From positions 1 through 64,000 of the forward strand of contig CAVXTM010000005.1 of the NCBI GenBank assembly GCA_963764725.1: a stretch of DNA of 64,000 bases. The letters are read 5' to 3'. Each line of letters opens with the position of its first letter. Within the stretch, counting starts at the first letter, position 1. The position numbers and the translations under genes were made by a program. The stretch is from an uncultured Gammaproteobacteria bacterium (GTDB taxonomy: Bacteria; Pseudomonadota; Gammaproteobacteria; JACCXJ01). Positions 50,008 to 61,552 of this stretch are shown piece after piece. The notes beneath the pieces are model-generated. The model was given only the letters and a program-made list of their open reading frames with translations, searched no databases and was not told the DNA's origin.

Positions 50008-51045
50008 ATGGAATTAACCATTAGAAAACCCGATGATCTGCACGTTCACCTCCGGGACGGACCGTGGATGGCGAACGTATTGCCGCACACCGCAATGCGT
50101 TTCTCTCGCGCCGTGGTGATGCCGAATCTCGACCCGCCCGTCACTTCCACGGCCGCGGCCTTGGCTTACCGCGCCCGCATCCTTGATGCACTGCCTCGCG
50201 GCTTGCGCTTCGAGCCGCTCATGACGCTCTATCTCACCGCGGAGACCAGTATCGAGGAGATCCGAAAGGCCAAGATAAGCGGGCTTGTGGTGGCGGTAAA
50301 ATACTACCCGGCCGGGGCGACGACTCATTCGAACCGCGGCGTAGCCGACATCCGCAGGGTGTATCCGGTGCTCGCGGAGCTTGAGAACCTCGGCATGCCC
50401 TTGCTCCTGCACGGTGAGGTTGTCGATCCTACCGTTGATGCCTTCGACCGCGAGCGTGTTTTCATCGAACGGGTGTTGAGCGAGATCATCCGGCGGTTTC
50501 CCGGTCTGAAGCTGGTGTTGGAGCACATTACGACGCGCGCGGCGGTCGAATACGTATGCGTCGGCCCCGCGACCTTGGCAGCCACGATCACCGCGCATCA
50601 TTTGCTGCTCAACCGCAATGCCCTGTTCCAGGGCGGCCTGCAACCGCATCACTATTGTTTGCCCTTGCTCAAAACCGAGGAAGACCGGCGGGCATTGGTG
50701 CAGGCCGCGACCAGTGCCAACCCGAAGTTTTTTCTCGGCACCGACAGCGCGCCGCACGCGCGCGTGGCCAAGGAGCGGGCCTGTGGATGCGCCGGGATTT
50801 ATACCGCGCACGCGGCCTTGGAGCTTTACGCGGAAGTTTTCGATGAGGCGGGGAGGCTGGATCACCTCGATGGATTCGCAAGCGGCCACGGTGCGGCGTT
50901 TTACGGATTACCGAAGACCAGCGAGACGCTTGCGCTCCGTAAGGCGCCCATGACCGTCCCACGTAAGTACCCATTCGGAAATGATGAGCTAATACCCTTT
51001 CGGGCCGGAGCGGCCTGTGATTGGACCCTGGTGACGCATGAGTAG
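50008..51045 (+). CDS. pyrC: Dihydroorotase (class II)
   Basis: DLHVHLRDG, MPNL.PP, YPAGATT.S, GTDSAPH. Confidence 0.96.
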   Translation: MELTIRKPDDLHVHLRDGPWMANVLPHTAMRFSRAVVMPNLDPPVTSTAAALAYRARILDALPRGLRFEPLMTLYLTAETSIEEIRKAKISGLVVAVKYYPAGATTHSNRGVADIRRVYPVLAELENLGMPLLLHGEVVDPTVDAFDRERVFIERVLSEIIRRFPGLKLVLEHITTRAAVEYVCVGPATLAATITAHHLLLNRNALFQGGLQPHHYCLPLLKTEEDRRALVQAATSANPKFFLGTDSAPHARVAKERACGCAGIYTAHAALELYAEVFDEAGRLDHLDGFASGHGAAFYGLPKTSETLALRKAPMTVPRKYPFGNDELIPFRAGAACDWTLVTHE

Positions 51046-51664
51046 CGATATGCGATCTCGGCGCCTGATGGCGTCGCGTTTCCGTGGTTTCTTGCCCGTC
51101 GTTGTAGATGTAGAAACCGGCGGTTTCGATCCAGCGACTAACGCCTTGCTGGAGATAGCCGCCGTGGCGGTAATGAGCGACGAGAGGGGCGAATGGCGGC
51201 GCGAAAAGACGGTCGCCTGTCATGTACAACCGTTTCCGGGCGCTCATCTCAATCAGGCTTCCTTGAAGTTTACGGGGATCGATCCGCACCACCCGTTCCG
51301 CTTTGCCGTGCCCGAGCATGAGGCCTTGGAGAGTATTTTCGAGTTTGTACGTCAGGTGGTCGCCAAAACGGGCTGCACTCGAGCGATCTTGGTGGGACAC
51401 AACCCCTCTTTTGATCTGGCTTTTATCAAAGCGGCGGTCGCGCGGACGGGTATCAAGCGCAACCCGTTTCACTCGTTCAGCACCTTTGATACCGCGACCC
51501 TCGGGGGCCTGGCCGTCGGCCAGACGGTGTTATCGCGCGCGGTCCAAGCGGCAGGGTTAGATTGGGATGATACCGAAGCGCATACCGCGATCTACGATGC
51601 CGAGCGTACGGCGGACCTTTTTTGCGCAGTGTTGAATAAATGGAACGAGCTAGCGGGTGTTTAG
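51038..51664 (+). CDS. rnt: Ribonuclease T
   Basis: RFRGFLPVVVDVETGGF, RNPFH.FS.FDT, AH.A.YD; follows pyrC. Confidence 0.96.
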   Translation: MSSDMRSRRLMASRFRGFLPVVVDVETGGFDPATNALLEIAAVAVMSDERGEWRREKTVACHVQPFPGAHLNQASLKFTGIDPHHPFRFAVPEHEALESIFEFVRQVVAKTGCTRAILVGHNPSFDLAFIKAAVARTGIKRNPFHSFSTFDTATLGGLAVGQTVLSRAVQAAGLDWDDTEAHTAIYDAERTADLFCAVLNKWNELAGV

Positions 51665-51777
51665 AAACGTTGAAATGCGGGATGGCGGCATGAACAACAG
51701 CAAGAGGTGGTCCATGAAACTGTATCATTTTCCAGTCTCCCCGAATTCGCGGCGGTCGGCGCCTCCCGCCTAGAATA

Positions 51778-53244
51778 TTGGCAGCTGCGACGCCGGCCGT
51801 GCGCGATCTCTCCGGCGCCGATGGCCACGCCGACACGTGCTATGGCCGTAGACCGTTACCGCCGTTTCCCGGCTGGTGGGCGGCGCTTGGACCCGGCGTC
51901 GTGTGGATGGCGCTCGCGCAGGGGAGCGGTGAGCTGATCTGGTGGCCTTACATCGTCGCAAAATACGGTTTAACTTTTCTGTGGGTGTTGATTCCCGCTT
52001 GCCTCCTGCAATACCCGCTCAACATCGAGATCGGGCGTTACACCTTATTGACCGGAGAGAGTATATTTCACGGGTTTATCCGCCTCCATCGTGGTCTCGG
52101 CATCTTTCTATGGCTGTTGATGACCCTGTCGTTTCTCTGGTTCGGCGCCTTTGCAAGCGCGGGGGGCACGGCGATCGCGGCGCTCGCCGATTTTCCGAAG
52201 GGCTGGACACAACGCGGTCAAACGCTCTTCTGGGGGTATGTCTCGATCGCCGTCTTCCTCATCGCCCTCCTCTCAAGCGGCGTTATCTACACCTTCATCG
52301 AACGATTCATGAAAGCGGTGGCGGCCGTGACCGTTTTTGGCTTGCTCTGGGCTTGCACACAACCTGACGTGGTAAAGTCGATTCCTGAGTTCCTACCAGG
52401 ACTCTATGGATCGACAGGCCCGATGCCGAGATCCTGGGATCCTCGGGATTCGACGAAGCTTCTCACGGCCGTCAGTTTCGCTGGGCTCGGCGGTTTTTGG
52501 GCGTTGTTCTATTCCTATTGGTTGCGGGATAAGGGCAGCGGGATGGCCGTGCACATGGGGAGAATCACCGGACCGCTCGCGGGTAAACCCGAAATCGTCA
52601 GCCACGACGGCAATCTTCCCGAAAGCGCACCCGAGAATGCGCGGCGGTGGCGATCGTGGCGCCGATTCCTGCGTGTTGATGTGTCCTTCGGAATCCTTGG
52701 CAACCTGTTGACCACACTGATGACCTGTCTTCTTGCCTACGCGCTATTGTTTCCTCAAGGCTTGTTGCCCGAGGAGTACCAATTAGCGGTGGTGCAGAGC
52801 CAATTTTTCGAGGTGAGCTGGGGTGAGGTGGGGCGCGTCTTGTTTCTCATTGTCGCCGCGGCGTTTCTAACGGATACGTGGTTGGCGACGGCCGATGCGG
52901 TGAGCCGCATCCAATCCGACATTGTCCATGTGCTGTTTCCGAAGGCGAGGCGCTACGAGATGCGCTATCTCTACTATGTTTTTTTGGGCTTGCTCACCCT
53001 AATCACGTCGTTAACCATGCTGCTTGATGCGCCGGGTCCTTTAATCCTCACGAGCGCCGTGATCGGATTCATCGGGACCGTGATTTTCCCGCTCGCCCTG
53101 TATTATTTGAACTATCGCTACTTGTCCCCGGAATTGCCGCAATGGGCGCGTCCGAGCCGTACCTCACAGGCGTTGTTGCTGCTCAGCTTTGTGGTTTACT
53201 TTGCGCTGGCATGTGTATACGTAGGATCGCTGATAGCTTCCTAA
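51778..53244 (+). CDS. Nramp/APC-fold membrane transporter
   Basis: LGPGVV..A...GSGEL..WP, EIGRYT..TGES; about 11 TM helices. Confidence 0.75.
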   Translation: MAAATPAVRDLSGADGHADTCYGRRPLPPFPGWWAALGPGVVWMALAQGSGELIWWPYIVAKYGLTFLWVLIPACLLQYPLNIEIGRYTLLTGESIFHGFIRLHRGLGIFLWLLMTLSFLWFGAFASAGGTAIAALADFPKGWTQRGQTLFWGYVSIAVFLIALLSSGVIYTFIERFMKAVAAVTVFGLLWACTQPDVVKSIPEFLPGLYGSTGPMPRSWDPRDSTKLLTAVSFAGLGGFWALFYSYWLRDKGSGMAVHMGRITGPLAGKPEIVSHDGNLPESAPENARRWRSWRRFLRVDVSFGILGNLLTTLMTCLLAYALLFPQGLLPEEYQLAVVQSQFFEVSWGEVGRVLFLIVAAAFLTDTWLATADAVSRIQSDIVHVLFPKARRYEMRYLYYVFLGLLTLITSLTMLLDAPGPLILTSAVIGFIGTVIFPLALYYLNYRYLSPELPQWARPSRTSQALLLLSFVVYFALACVYVGSLIAS

Positions 53245-53276
53245 CACGCTGCCAGGTCGCATCATGACTTGCGACA

Positions 53277-54110
53277 ATGAACGAAACGCATTCCAACCTT
53301 AACGTCTTGGGCTCTCGAAATCCTGTGATCGTTCTTGCGGTGCTAGCGCTGAGTTTTCCGTTCACCGTAAGTAAATCTTTCTCGCTAGAGCGGAACTTTG
53401 TGAACCAGCGAGTGCCCACGCATGGGTACAAGGTCGTGCGCGTCTATCCCCACGATCGCAATGCCTTTACGCAAGGCTTGACCTACGTAGACGGCTTCCT
53501 CTATGAAAGCACGGGGGTGAAAGGCCGTTCGACACTCCGGAAAGTCGAATTAGAAACGGGCAGGGTGTTACAGCAGACTGCACTGTCCCGTGAGCACTTC
53601 GGAGAGGGTCTGACAAGCTGGGGCCCGGATCTCGTGCAGTTGACCTGGACCTCGAACCTGGGATTCGTGTATGACCGGGTGAACTTTCAAGTCAAGCGCA
53701 CGTTCAATTATTGCGGTGAAGGCTGGGGGATCACCCACGATGGTAAGCGGCTCATCGTGAGCGATGGTACGGCAACGCTGCGGTTTCTAGATGCAGACAC
53801 ATTTCGTGAGACAGGTCGCCTAACGGTGCGCGAGGGCGCGGCGCCGGTCGCTCAATTGAACGAGATTGAAACTGTCCGAGGCGAACTGTTTGCGAATGTA
53901 TGGAGGACCGACCGTATCGTCAGGATCGCGCTACAAACGGGTCAAGTCACGGGCTGGATTGATTTAAGCGGGTTACTCGGTGAAGCCGAAAGAGCAACCC
54001 GCGTCGATGTCCTGAACGGGATCGCCTACGATGCGCGGAATGACCGCCTGTTCGTTACCGGCAAACTGTGGCCGAAGCTCTTCGAAATCAAGCTTGTCCC
54101 CCGGCGCTAG
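53277..54110 (+). CDS. Glutaminyl-peptide cyclotransferase
   Basis: PHD..AFTQGL, ESTG, FGEG, EGWG, LNE.E, VLNGIA. Confidence 0.93.
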   Translation: MNETHSNLNVLGSRNPVIVLAVLALSFPFTVSKSFSLERNFVNQRVPTHGYKVVRVYPHDRNAFTQGLTYVDGFLYESTGVKGRSTLRKVELETGRVLQQTALSREHFGEGLTSWGPDLVQLTWTSNLGFVYDRVNFQVKRTFNYCGEGWGITHDGKRLIVSDGTATLRFLDADTFRETGRLTVREGAAPVAQLNEIETVRGELFANVWRTDRIVRIALQTGQVTGWIDLSGLLGEAERATRVDVLNGIAYDARNDRLFVTGKLWPKLFEIKLVPRR

Positions 54111-54201
54111 TTTCATCGGCTGTGTTTTTTCAGGCGCGGAGCTTTTCGTAAGAATAAAGAATTGCGGGCCGTAACACCGGACAAAGATCGGCGTCATAAC
54201 A

Positions 54202-54666
54202 TCAGCAGTACTTTCGCCAGCAGTTTTCCATGGCGTCGCCAAAATCACCGTCGTTATTGCGGTCCCACGACTTAGCTCCGGTCTCCGCGAGTTGCATGTT
54301 GCCGTCGCCGACTTGGGGCCCTCCTGCTATGGGCGCGGCTCGCAAGATGAAGGTGTTCGCCGTCAATGCAGGGGCAGGGAGCAGCGTCAGATTATAAACT
54401 GCCGTGCCGTCCTTGGGCGACTGTGTGAAAGGCAAAGGCCCGGCCGCAGCATAACTATTGGTCTCCGTGAACCGCCGCTCCATGAATTGTGCCAGCTCCG
54501 ACAGCGCCGCCTGGGCATCGGCGCGCCTGGATGAACGCACATGCTGCTGGTATGATGGATAAGCAATCGCCGACAAGATGCCGACGATTGCCACGGCAAT
54601 CATCACCTCGATCAGCGTAAAACCCGAAACGTGGCCTGCGCTAATTCGACTCAAACTTATGCTCAT
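54202..54666 (-). CDS. pilE: Type IV minor pilin PilE
   Basis: GFTLIEVMI...AIAYPSY...RRADA. Confidence 0.9.
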   Translation of the reverse strand: MSISLSRISAGHVSGFTLIEVMIAVAIVGILSAIAYPSYQQHVRSSRRADAQAALSELAQFMERRFTETNSYAAAGPLPFTQSPKDGTAVYNLTLLPAPALTANTFILRAAPIAGGPQVGDGNMQLAETGAKSWDRNNDGDFGDAMENCWRKYC

Positions 54667-54741
54667 TGGCAAACCTCTCTGAAGGATCACGTTATAAGAA
54701 GAAGCCGGGCGGCCCGAAGACCGCCCGCTTTCTCAGGGACA

Positions 54742-57700
54742 CTACTGCAAGTAAAGTTCCCGCCAGGATCGCCGGCCGACGTCGCCGGGACCGGGATTCT
54801 CGGTTGTAACCTCGATCTCGCCCGTGGATCCGTTACCGTATTTGAACTCCTTGTCTTTGTCGGAGAGGATCCCGGGCTGAGGAAGAATGCCGACGGCGGA
54901 CTTCTTCCCGCTGGGGGGCACCGGATCCGGAATCCCGTCGCCGTCGATGTCCACCGCGTTTCCGACAAAGTCCTCTTCGGTAAATCTGCCGTCGCCGTTG
55001 AGATCGAAGGGTGCAAACTCCAGCCGGCTGCCGCCCGCGGCATCCATTTCCATCAGCCAGCTGGTGCCGCCGGCGCTGCAGGGATCAGTCGAACGGGATC
55101 AGCGTAGTGAAAATGATCCGGCCGTTCCTCAAGATCGGATCACTCACCTGCCGCTCGCCGTGACCGTTGGTGAAACTGCCCGGGTCATCGGTATTGTAGA
55201 GGTCCAGATACCAACCCTTGTGGAAATCAGGGTCATCCCAATTAATCATATTATCCGTCGTCAAGCGCAGATCATAGAAGACGTCGCTGCTCCCATCCCC
55301 GTTGGTATCAAAGCCTTGGTTGACCTCCTTGACGATTTCCTGCTGGAGCAGATCACCGCGATCGAACGCCGTAAGGCTGCTGTTGTTCTCATCCCAGACG
55401 CCATAAAACGTTTGGAAAGTCTCTTGCTGCGCCGGATCGTTGTCACCATCAAAAATATACTGGCCGGTACCGAAATACACCATGGCCCCGTCTGTCTTGG
55501 TGGGATGCGGGCCTACCTGCGGGCGGTTCGTGATCGGCTGGCGTTTATTGGCAGCCCCGGCCGTCGTGCAGTCCGCCGTACTGGTCCCGGCGCAGGCGAC
55601 GAACAGCGGTTGAGGTTTCCCTGCAGAGATGTACGGGATATTCCACTGGGTTTCATCCGTGTTGGTTACATCGAACTTCCATAGATTGCCGAATAAATCG
55701 CCCGCATAGATATAGTCGACGATCGAATCGCCGTTGACATCCGCAGGCGCCGGTGTGGACAGCCCGTTCGCGCGACTAAGACCTTGCGGGTCGGCCGACA
55801 TGCCCATCTCAGTATCGATCTTCTTGATGAGCTGCCCGTTTTCGAGATTGACGATGTAGAGGACGGCGTTCCCCGTCGTGCTGAGCTGACCATTGGCCTC
55901 CGTGTTGTTGTAGCCGTTACCGAACACGGCGGCCCAATCACCGTTCTGCATGCGCACGACGTTGGCATCGCTGAACGTGTAGCCTAAGTCATTATCGCCG
56001 TAAGCGGGGTCACTTGCCGCTGCGGGTCCGACGTCATTGAACTCCCACAGGACTTTCGCCTTGATGGTCGACTCGGTGCTCGAAGCGTCCGGTGGGGTTG
56101 TAATGTCCAAGGCGTAGATCGCCTGCCCGCCTCCGCGTAGACCTCCCACCAGCACGGTGTGCCAGCTACCGCCGAAGAAGGCGTCGCCGACGGTAGGCGC
56201 ACCGTCCACATAGTAGGTATGGCTGTAATTCGCGTCGGTGAGCTGGTTCAACTTCCCGTAGACAGCCGCCGGGACATAGGCGAACACTTCATCGCCCGTC
56301 GTCTCATCAAACGCGTGCAACATACCGTCGTTGGCGCCGACATAGACGACTCCCTTTCGGTTCTTGTTGGCGGTCTTGAAGTCAGAGTACTTGACGGTTT
56401 CCAAGTTGTCCGGGTAGCGGAAGAGAGGGGCACCGACGTAAGCTGGCGAAGAATTCACGATATCGCCGAGCTTTTTCGACCGGGAGCGGAAGCCGGTAAC
56501 ATCCGCACCGCGCACGTAGTTCAGGCGTTGGCTGCCCAACCCGTCTAGGGCACCTGTTCGACGGATTCTTGTCGAGCGCCGTTGACTGCGCTATATCGAT
56601 CTCCGTTGGCGCGGGAGACGCCGGATTTGCCGGCCAGCGGAAGGGGATCCCTTTTGTCCCTACGGGTGCGGAGGGCTTGAGGGTCACGATCTTGCGCGCG
56701 TTAGGATCGCTCGGCAGTTGATCGGCAGCGTCCCACTGCACAGCCCCGAGCGAGCCGTCCGGATTGACGGGTACGGACAGGAATTGCCCGCTCCAGTCGG
56801 CGGTATTGAACTTGGCTTGGAAGAGCGCGCTGTTCGCCTGCAAGGACGTGGTATTGATAGCGACCGAGCTCGCCGAGGCGGTGCGTTCGAAGATGTCCTG
56901 GAACGCCGCGTTCAATCCGGTCACGAGCTTATCGGGCACCGAAGCCAGCACGAAGTTGTCCGGCACGCCGTCGCTGTCGCCGTCCCATTCGGCCTGCAGA
57001 TTCGGCGTATTGTCATTATCGCTGTCGATGAAACCGCCGTACTTGCCTGCCAGCCACAGCATGTTCTTGTTACCATCGAGCGGATTGGTGCTGAATTCCT
57101 GGGTATCGATGAAGAAACTGCTGACCGTTTGCTTTCCCGGTAGATCGGGCCGGAGATCCTGGGTATTCGCATAATAGGAAAGCCCGGCGATGTAGTAGGA
57201 ATTCTGTTTCCCCGGCGACGGACAGGTACCCATGACCTCGCCGAGGTTCCCCATTGTCTTGTTCGAGCAGCTATTGTTGAAGGTGCCAACGCCGCCTCCC
57301 ACGGAATCGTTGGTGCCGCTCGCGGTGCCGCTCGTCCACGTGCCGGAGTTCGTCCATGTCGTGCCGTTGAGCCCCTCCATGCTGCCGACTGCATTGGTGA
57401 GCGCTGTGACATTAATGGATGAATCGGCGTTGCTCGGTTGACCATAATCGCTTGCGGTCAGGGCGTAATTGGTGCCACCCGCTCCACTGATGGTGGAGCT
57501 GTTGAAAAACGTGCCCGGTAACTTCTTGTCGAGCCAGGGGTTCGCATCGTTAATACCGATGATGAAGCACTTCTGACAGGCGTATTGATACGGATCGTCC
57601 CAATTGGTGACGATGTCAAAACCTCCCTTCTGCGCCGTGGTTAGCCCTGAGGAGTACTCGGGCGTGGGGCTGAGATGTTTTAGATACTTCAGTCCTTCGT

Positions 57701-58799
57701 AATAGAGCTCCCCAATAGGATCGTAGGTCTTATAGCCCGGGGCACTGAACTTATTCACGTAGTTTATGACACCCGAATTGAGCCCGCCGGATGCCCCGTC
57801 CGGGTTAGTGATGAATAGCCCGTCCGTTCCGAACTCTTTATTGGGATTCGCTTCAGTACCGGTGTTCGTGGAATTGGGGCGGGTCGGACCGACGTATTTC
57901 ATCTTGGATCGGAGCACGCCGCCGTCCCTGCTTTGTGAAGTATCGAAGGTGTAGCTGGTGAGCGCAAAGCGCATCTCGTCCGCGTTCGTTTGGATCAGCC
58001 CTTCGGGCTTGTAATAAGTCGTTCCACCGCTCGTGTAGGCGACGCAGTTCGACTCTCTGCCCGCACCGGTCACGGCTACGCAGGCCTTCACGTCGATATT
58101 AAATGATCCCTTTTGGGTACCGCCGCGCGTTGTGCCGACGTTGATTGCCCAGTCGGTGTTGTAAATGAATATGTCTGAATCAGAGAACGGCGTTACGGTT
58201 GAAGGGGCTACGTTGTAGGTGGACTTAAGTAACTTGTAGGGAAACCAATTGTCGTCGTTTTGTTTGCGCGCCCGCCTGATCACGGTTAGTGAGGTTGTGT
58301 CGATGAGCCGGTTACCGCCGGTCATGGTCCAGATGTACTCGTCGATAGCTGTCATTGACACCCAGTTGAGAAAGTTACCGCTCCACTTACCGCTGCATTG
58401 GTGTAGTGCGTTGGCCGCGGAGGAAGGCTCGAAGCGGCTACTCGCATAAACGTAGCACTTGTTCGGATCAAAGTAGCCGAGGTAGGTCGTGGCCGGGATA
58501 TAACAGATCCCCACGGCGCCACCACCGTAACTTGGCCTGGGGGTGGTATAAGGAGCGATACCACAGCCCGTAGGGTTTCCCGTTTGATCCGCATAGGCCG
58601 CCCCACCCATAGGTGTTTCGACCGACATGTTGAGAAGGACCGCGGGATCCGCGGTATTAATGACGAAAAGAGGCTCGTCGGCCAAACTGGCCGCGTTCCC
58701 ATAGCCGGGCAAGCACACCAACACGCCGGCCAGGAAATGGGCCAACCTAACACTAAGCCGATTTCGAGTAGAATCCATTAATTTCATGGTCGTAGTCAT
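54742..58799 (-). CDS. pilY1: PilY1/PilC pilus adhesin (about 1351 aa after correcting two +1 frameshifts)
   Basis: SGNFLNW, LGDIVNSSP, GANDGMLHAF, YAGDL.GNLWKFD and terminal RRSWREL across three frames; extra bases at about 56557 and 55092. Confidence 0.9.
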
Positions 58800-58836
58800 T
58801 TACTGCACTCCTAAGTAATAATCGTCAACTAACGCG

Positions 58837-59370
58837 TTAGAAACGCCTTGAATAGGTCGTCTGCAGCAAGGACTGGGCGCTCGTCGTACCGCCCGTGCCG
58901 TTCGCCGTGACGCGGTAGAATAACTGCCCGGAAACATCCGTCTGCTTCCCAGTGTTGAAGCTGTCACTGACGAAGAAGTAGTGTTCAACCACCGACTTCG
59001 GCTGAGCCGCCACCTGGCCGTAACCGGTGGGGAGCCCCGTATAATTAATGCGCACGCTGGTGCTCGACCAGGTCGCCGCACTGGCCAGATCGAGCATGTC
59101 CTTTTGCCATACCGTGCTGTCGCAACCCGAAGTGCAGCTTGTTACCGTGGTGGGCTCGTCGGTCAGGTTATCTATCCAAGTCTCTGTGGCACGCAGGACA
59201 GCCTCGCCGGCCTGGAGGGCGACCGTTTGATCGCGCAGATTCCCTGCCATCTTTTCTTCGAGGGTCGTCGTCTGCGAGGCCGTGATCCCGATGATGGTCA
59301 TGACCAAGAGCATAATTAGCGCAATGAAGATCGCCGCACCCTTTTGTCTGTTCCATAGATACATTTTCAT
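58837..59370 (-). CDS. pilX: Minor pilin PilX
   Basis: QKGAAIFIALIMLLVMTIIG...EEKMAGN.RD...A.QAGE. Confidence 0.92.
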   Translation of the reverse strand: MKMYLWNRQKGAAIFIALIMLLVMTIIGITASQTTTLEEKMAGNLRDQTVALQAGEAVLRATETWIDNLTDEPTTVTSCTSGCDSTVWQKDMLDLASAATWSSTSVRINYTGLPTGYGQVAAQPKSVVEHYFFVSDSFNTGKQTDVSGQLFYRVTANGTGGTTSAQSLLQTTYSRRF

Positions 59371-60392
59371 AAGGTCCGATTCCTGATGCTGATGGTATTG
59401 GTAAAGGTCCTGCGCAAACGCAGGTCGGGCGACACGGAGGGCACGTCGTTAAACGTGTAAGCTTGGGCCTGAGTAGCGAGATTATCGTCTAAGGTTTGTA
59501 GCAGCAGCCTTACCTCCGCGCTGATCACGTCGCCCCAGTCGCCGACGTTGTCGGCCGTCACATAGCGATTTGGTGTGAGATTGTTGTCGGTATCGATACC
59601 GTAAAAGATCTGCAAGTCCTCGACGCCTTCGACCAACTCCTGCCCGACCCCCGCACCGTCCTTGCGGAACAGCGCGGGCCGGCCCGAGGCCCCGCTTGCG
59701 ACGTAGTAGGTGCTGGTAACAAGCTGTACGATCTGGCTCCCGGCTATATACTCTCTTCCCAGCGCTTGTGTCGCGTTGCCTGGTGAGCCACCGGGGGCCT
59801 CGTTGAAGATCTTGGGATTAGCCCCACTGGGATCGATGCTCGTGATTTGGAAGATCGCCGCATCCGTGCAATCGGTGGCCATGACCACATCATCTACGCC
59901 GAGATCGCTGTTTGGTTCGACTTCAAAGCCCTCTACCGGATTCTTGGCACCCGGGTGCGCCGTGACTTGGGCCGGATTACCTACACTGCGCCGTAACGTC
60001 AGGACATCGCGCCCGCCGAGGGGGCTCACGATACCGGCAGTGGCCATGGGGTCCCGATCCCAGCCGCTAGAACTGGTCGCCTCGAAGCCCTCGATGACTT
60101 GCTCGAAGCTCCAGTTGTAGCCGGTGCCCCCGGTAAGGGTGTTGTTGATCTTGGTCTTGACGCCCGCACAGCCGAGAAAACCGGCATTGCGCAGGTCACG
60201 GGTAATGAAATCCAGGGCGAAGCGGCCGTTCTCCTGCACCCGCGAGAGGGATTCCTGGATGCGATAAGTCTGTTTATTGCCGGTGTACACATGGACCACC
60301 CCGGCCGTCAGCATGAGACTCAAGGTGACGGCGACCATGATCTCTACGAGGCCAACACCCGCCTGCCGGTGAAAACGATATTTTGGGTTCAT
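59367..60392 (-). CDS. pilW: Minor pilin PilW
   Basis: QAGVGLVEIMVA, QENGRFA...DLR.AGF.GC, LVEGVEDLQI.YG.D. Confidence 0.92.
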   Translation of the reverse strand: MNPKYRFHRQAGVGLVEIMVAVTLSLMLTAGVVHVYTGNKQTYRIQESLSRVQENGRFALDFITRDLRNAGFLGCAGVKTKINNTLTGGTGYNWSFEQVIEGFEATSSSGWDRDPMATAGIVSPLGGRDVLTLRRSVGNPAQVTAHPGAKNPVEGFEVEPNSDLGVDDVVMATDCTDAAIFQITSIDPSGANPKIFNEAPGGSPGNATQALGREYIAGSQIVQLVTSTYYVASGASGRPALFRKDGAGVGQELVEGVEDLQIFYGIDTDNNLTPNRYVTADNVGDWGDVISAEVRLLLQTLDDNLATQAQAYTFNDVPSVSPDLRLRRTFTNTISIRNRTL

Positions 60393-60877
60393 AGCTCTGT
60401 GCTCATTGCGAATTGCTTGGGAACCGCATCGACGGCACCTCGGCCATCTACCCACTGGACCGTAACGGTCACGACGTTACCCGCACGGGCCACCGCGCCG
60501 TCGCCTGAGGGCATTAGGCTAGCGAGGCGCTGTTTCCAGGCGGCGATATCGGCGGTTGCCATCTGTGACCCGTCGCAGGGGCTAGCCATACAATCCGGCG
60601 GCGATGCAGGCGCCGGGGTCCCGATGGCGATGTCATAGTTCGCCGCCTGCGCAGCGCTGCGGTTAGTACGCATGGCGTCGATGATGTCGTAAGTGAGCAT
60701 CGTCGCCTGGCTGCGCAGATAGGCGCTATGGTTGTTGCGTAGACTGACCGCCTGGAGACCCGCCAAGCCCAGAAGCCCGACGGCCAGAAGCATCACAGCG
60801 ATGAGAACCTCAAGCAGCGTGAAGCCTCGCTGGCGGTGCGACATCTGAACAGGTTTGGAAATGATCTTCATGGGCAT
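60389..60877 (-). CDS. pilV: Minor pilin PilV
   Basis: GFTLLEVLIA...GLLGLAGLQ...RSQA...D.MR.N. Confidence 0.93.
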   Translation of the reverse strand: MPMKIISKPVQMSHRQRGFTLLEVLIAVMLLAVGLLGLAGLQAVSLRNNHSAYLRSQATMLTYDIIDAMRTNRSAAQAANYDIAIGTPAPASPPDCMASPCDGSQMATADIAAWKQRLASLMPSGDGAVARAGNVVTVTVQWVDGRGAVDAVPKQFAMSTEL

Positions 60878-61455
60878 CCCCCGTTGTTCTTGGACGCATT
60901 CGCCCGTCCGACGAGATTCACCTGGATCAGACGGCGCTCGGCGGCCGCCTGAGTATCGTCGCAGACTCGGAAACTATCGGCGGCATCCGGGTCCGGGCCG
61001 CTGCCCAGCATCTGGCCGGTCGGCTGGAAGGCGATCCAGTCTGCAAAGGTAGCGCCCGGGCGCAGGGTGTAGCCTTGGGGCATTCCTTCATAGACCTGAA
61101 GTGTTTGCTCGCCTGCGTCTATCGTTCCGTTCTGAGTGACGTTGTCCGTGAACACCACCCAGCCGTTCTCCCAATTGACCCCGGGCGCAAGCGAGCAATT
61201 GCTGCCACTCGCTCGGCACATGGCGACGGTGGCATTGCGCTTGACAGCCTCGCTGCGGGCCAGGCTGAGGGCGGTGACCAAGCGGTTCACCTCCGTCACG
61301 GTCCGATTGGCACGGATCAATTGCTGAAACCCCGGTACCCCCATACCTAAAACGATGGCGGCGATGGCTACGGTGATGATCATCTCCACCAAGGTGAATC
61401 CTTGCTTGTATCTGTGTGCTAGCATGCCTTTCCTCTTGCTTGATGTGTTTTGCAT
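60868..61455 (-). CDS. fimT: Minor pilin FimT/FimU
   Basis: GFTLVEMIIT, ARSEAVKR...C...W..GW.VF. Confidence 0.88.
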   Translation of the reverse strand: MQNTSSKRKGMLAHRYKQGFTLVEMIITVAIAAIVLGMGVPGFQQLIRANRTVTEVNRLVTALSLARSEAVKRNATVAMCRASGSNCSLAPGVNWENGWVVFTDNVTQNGTIDAGEQTLQVYEGMPQGYTLRPGATFADWIAFQPTGQMLGSGPDPDAADSFRVCDDTQAAAERRLIQVNLVGRANASKNNGGCP

Positions 61456-61552
61456 ATGCGTTGCTCTCGATGGCCCGTCGTAGCGTTCAAGCGAGCTTCT
61501 TTCTTGAGTGGAAAGGAGACCAACGCGAAGATTTGTCCGACGAGCGGCTAAA

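Noticed and set aside
54742-58799. pilY1 as three genes or a true pseudogene
   Set aside because: Two single-base removals restore one continuous PilY1 within an otherwise intact operon; sequencing error is more parsimonious.
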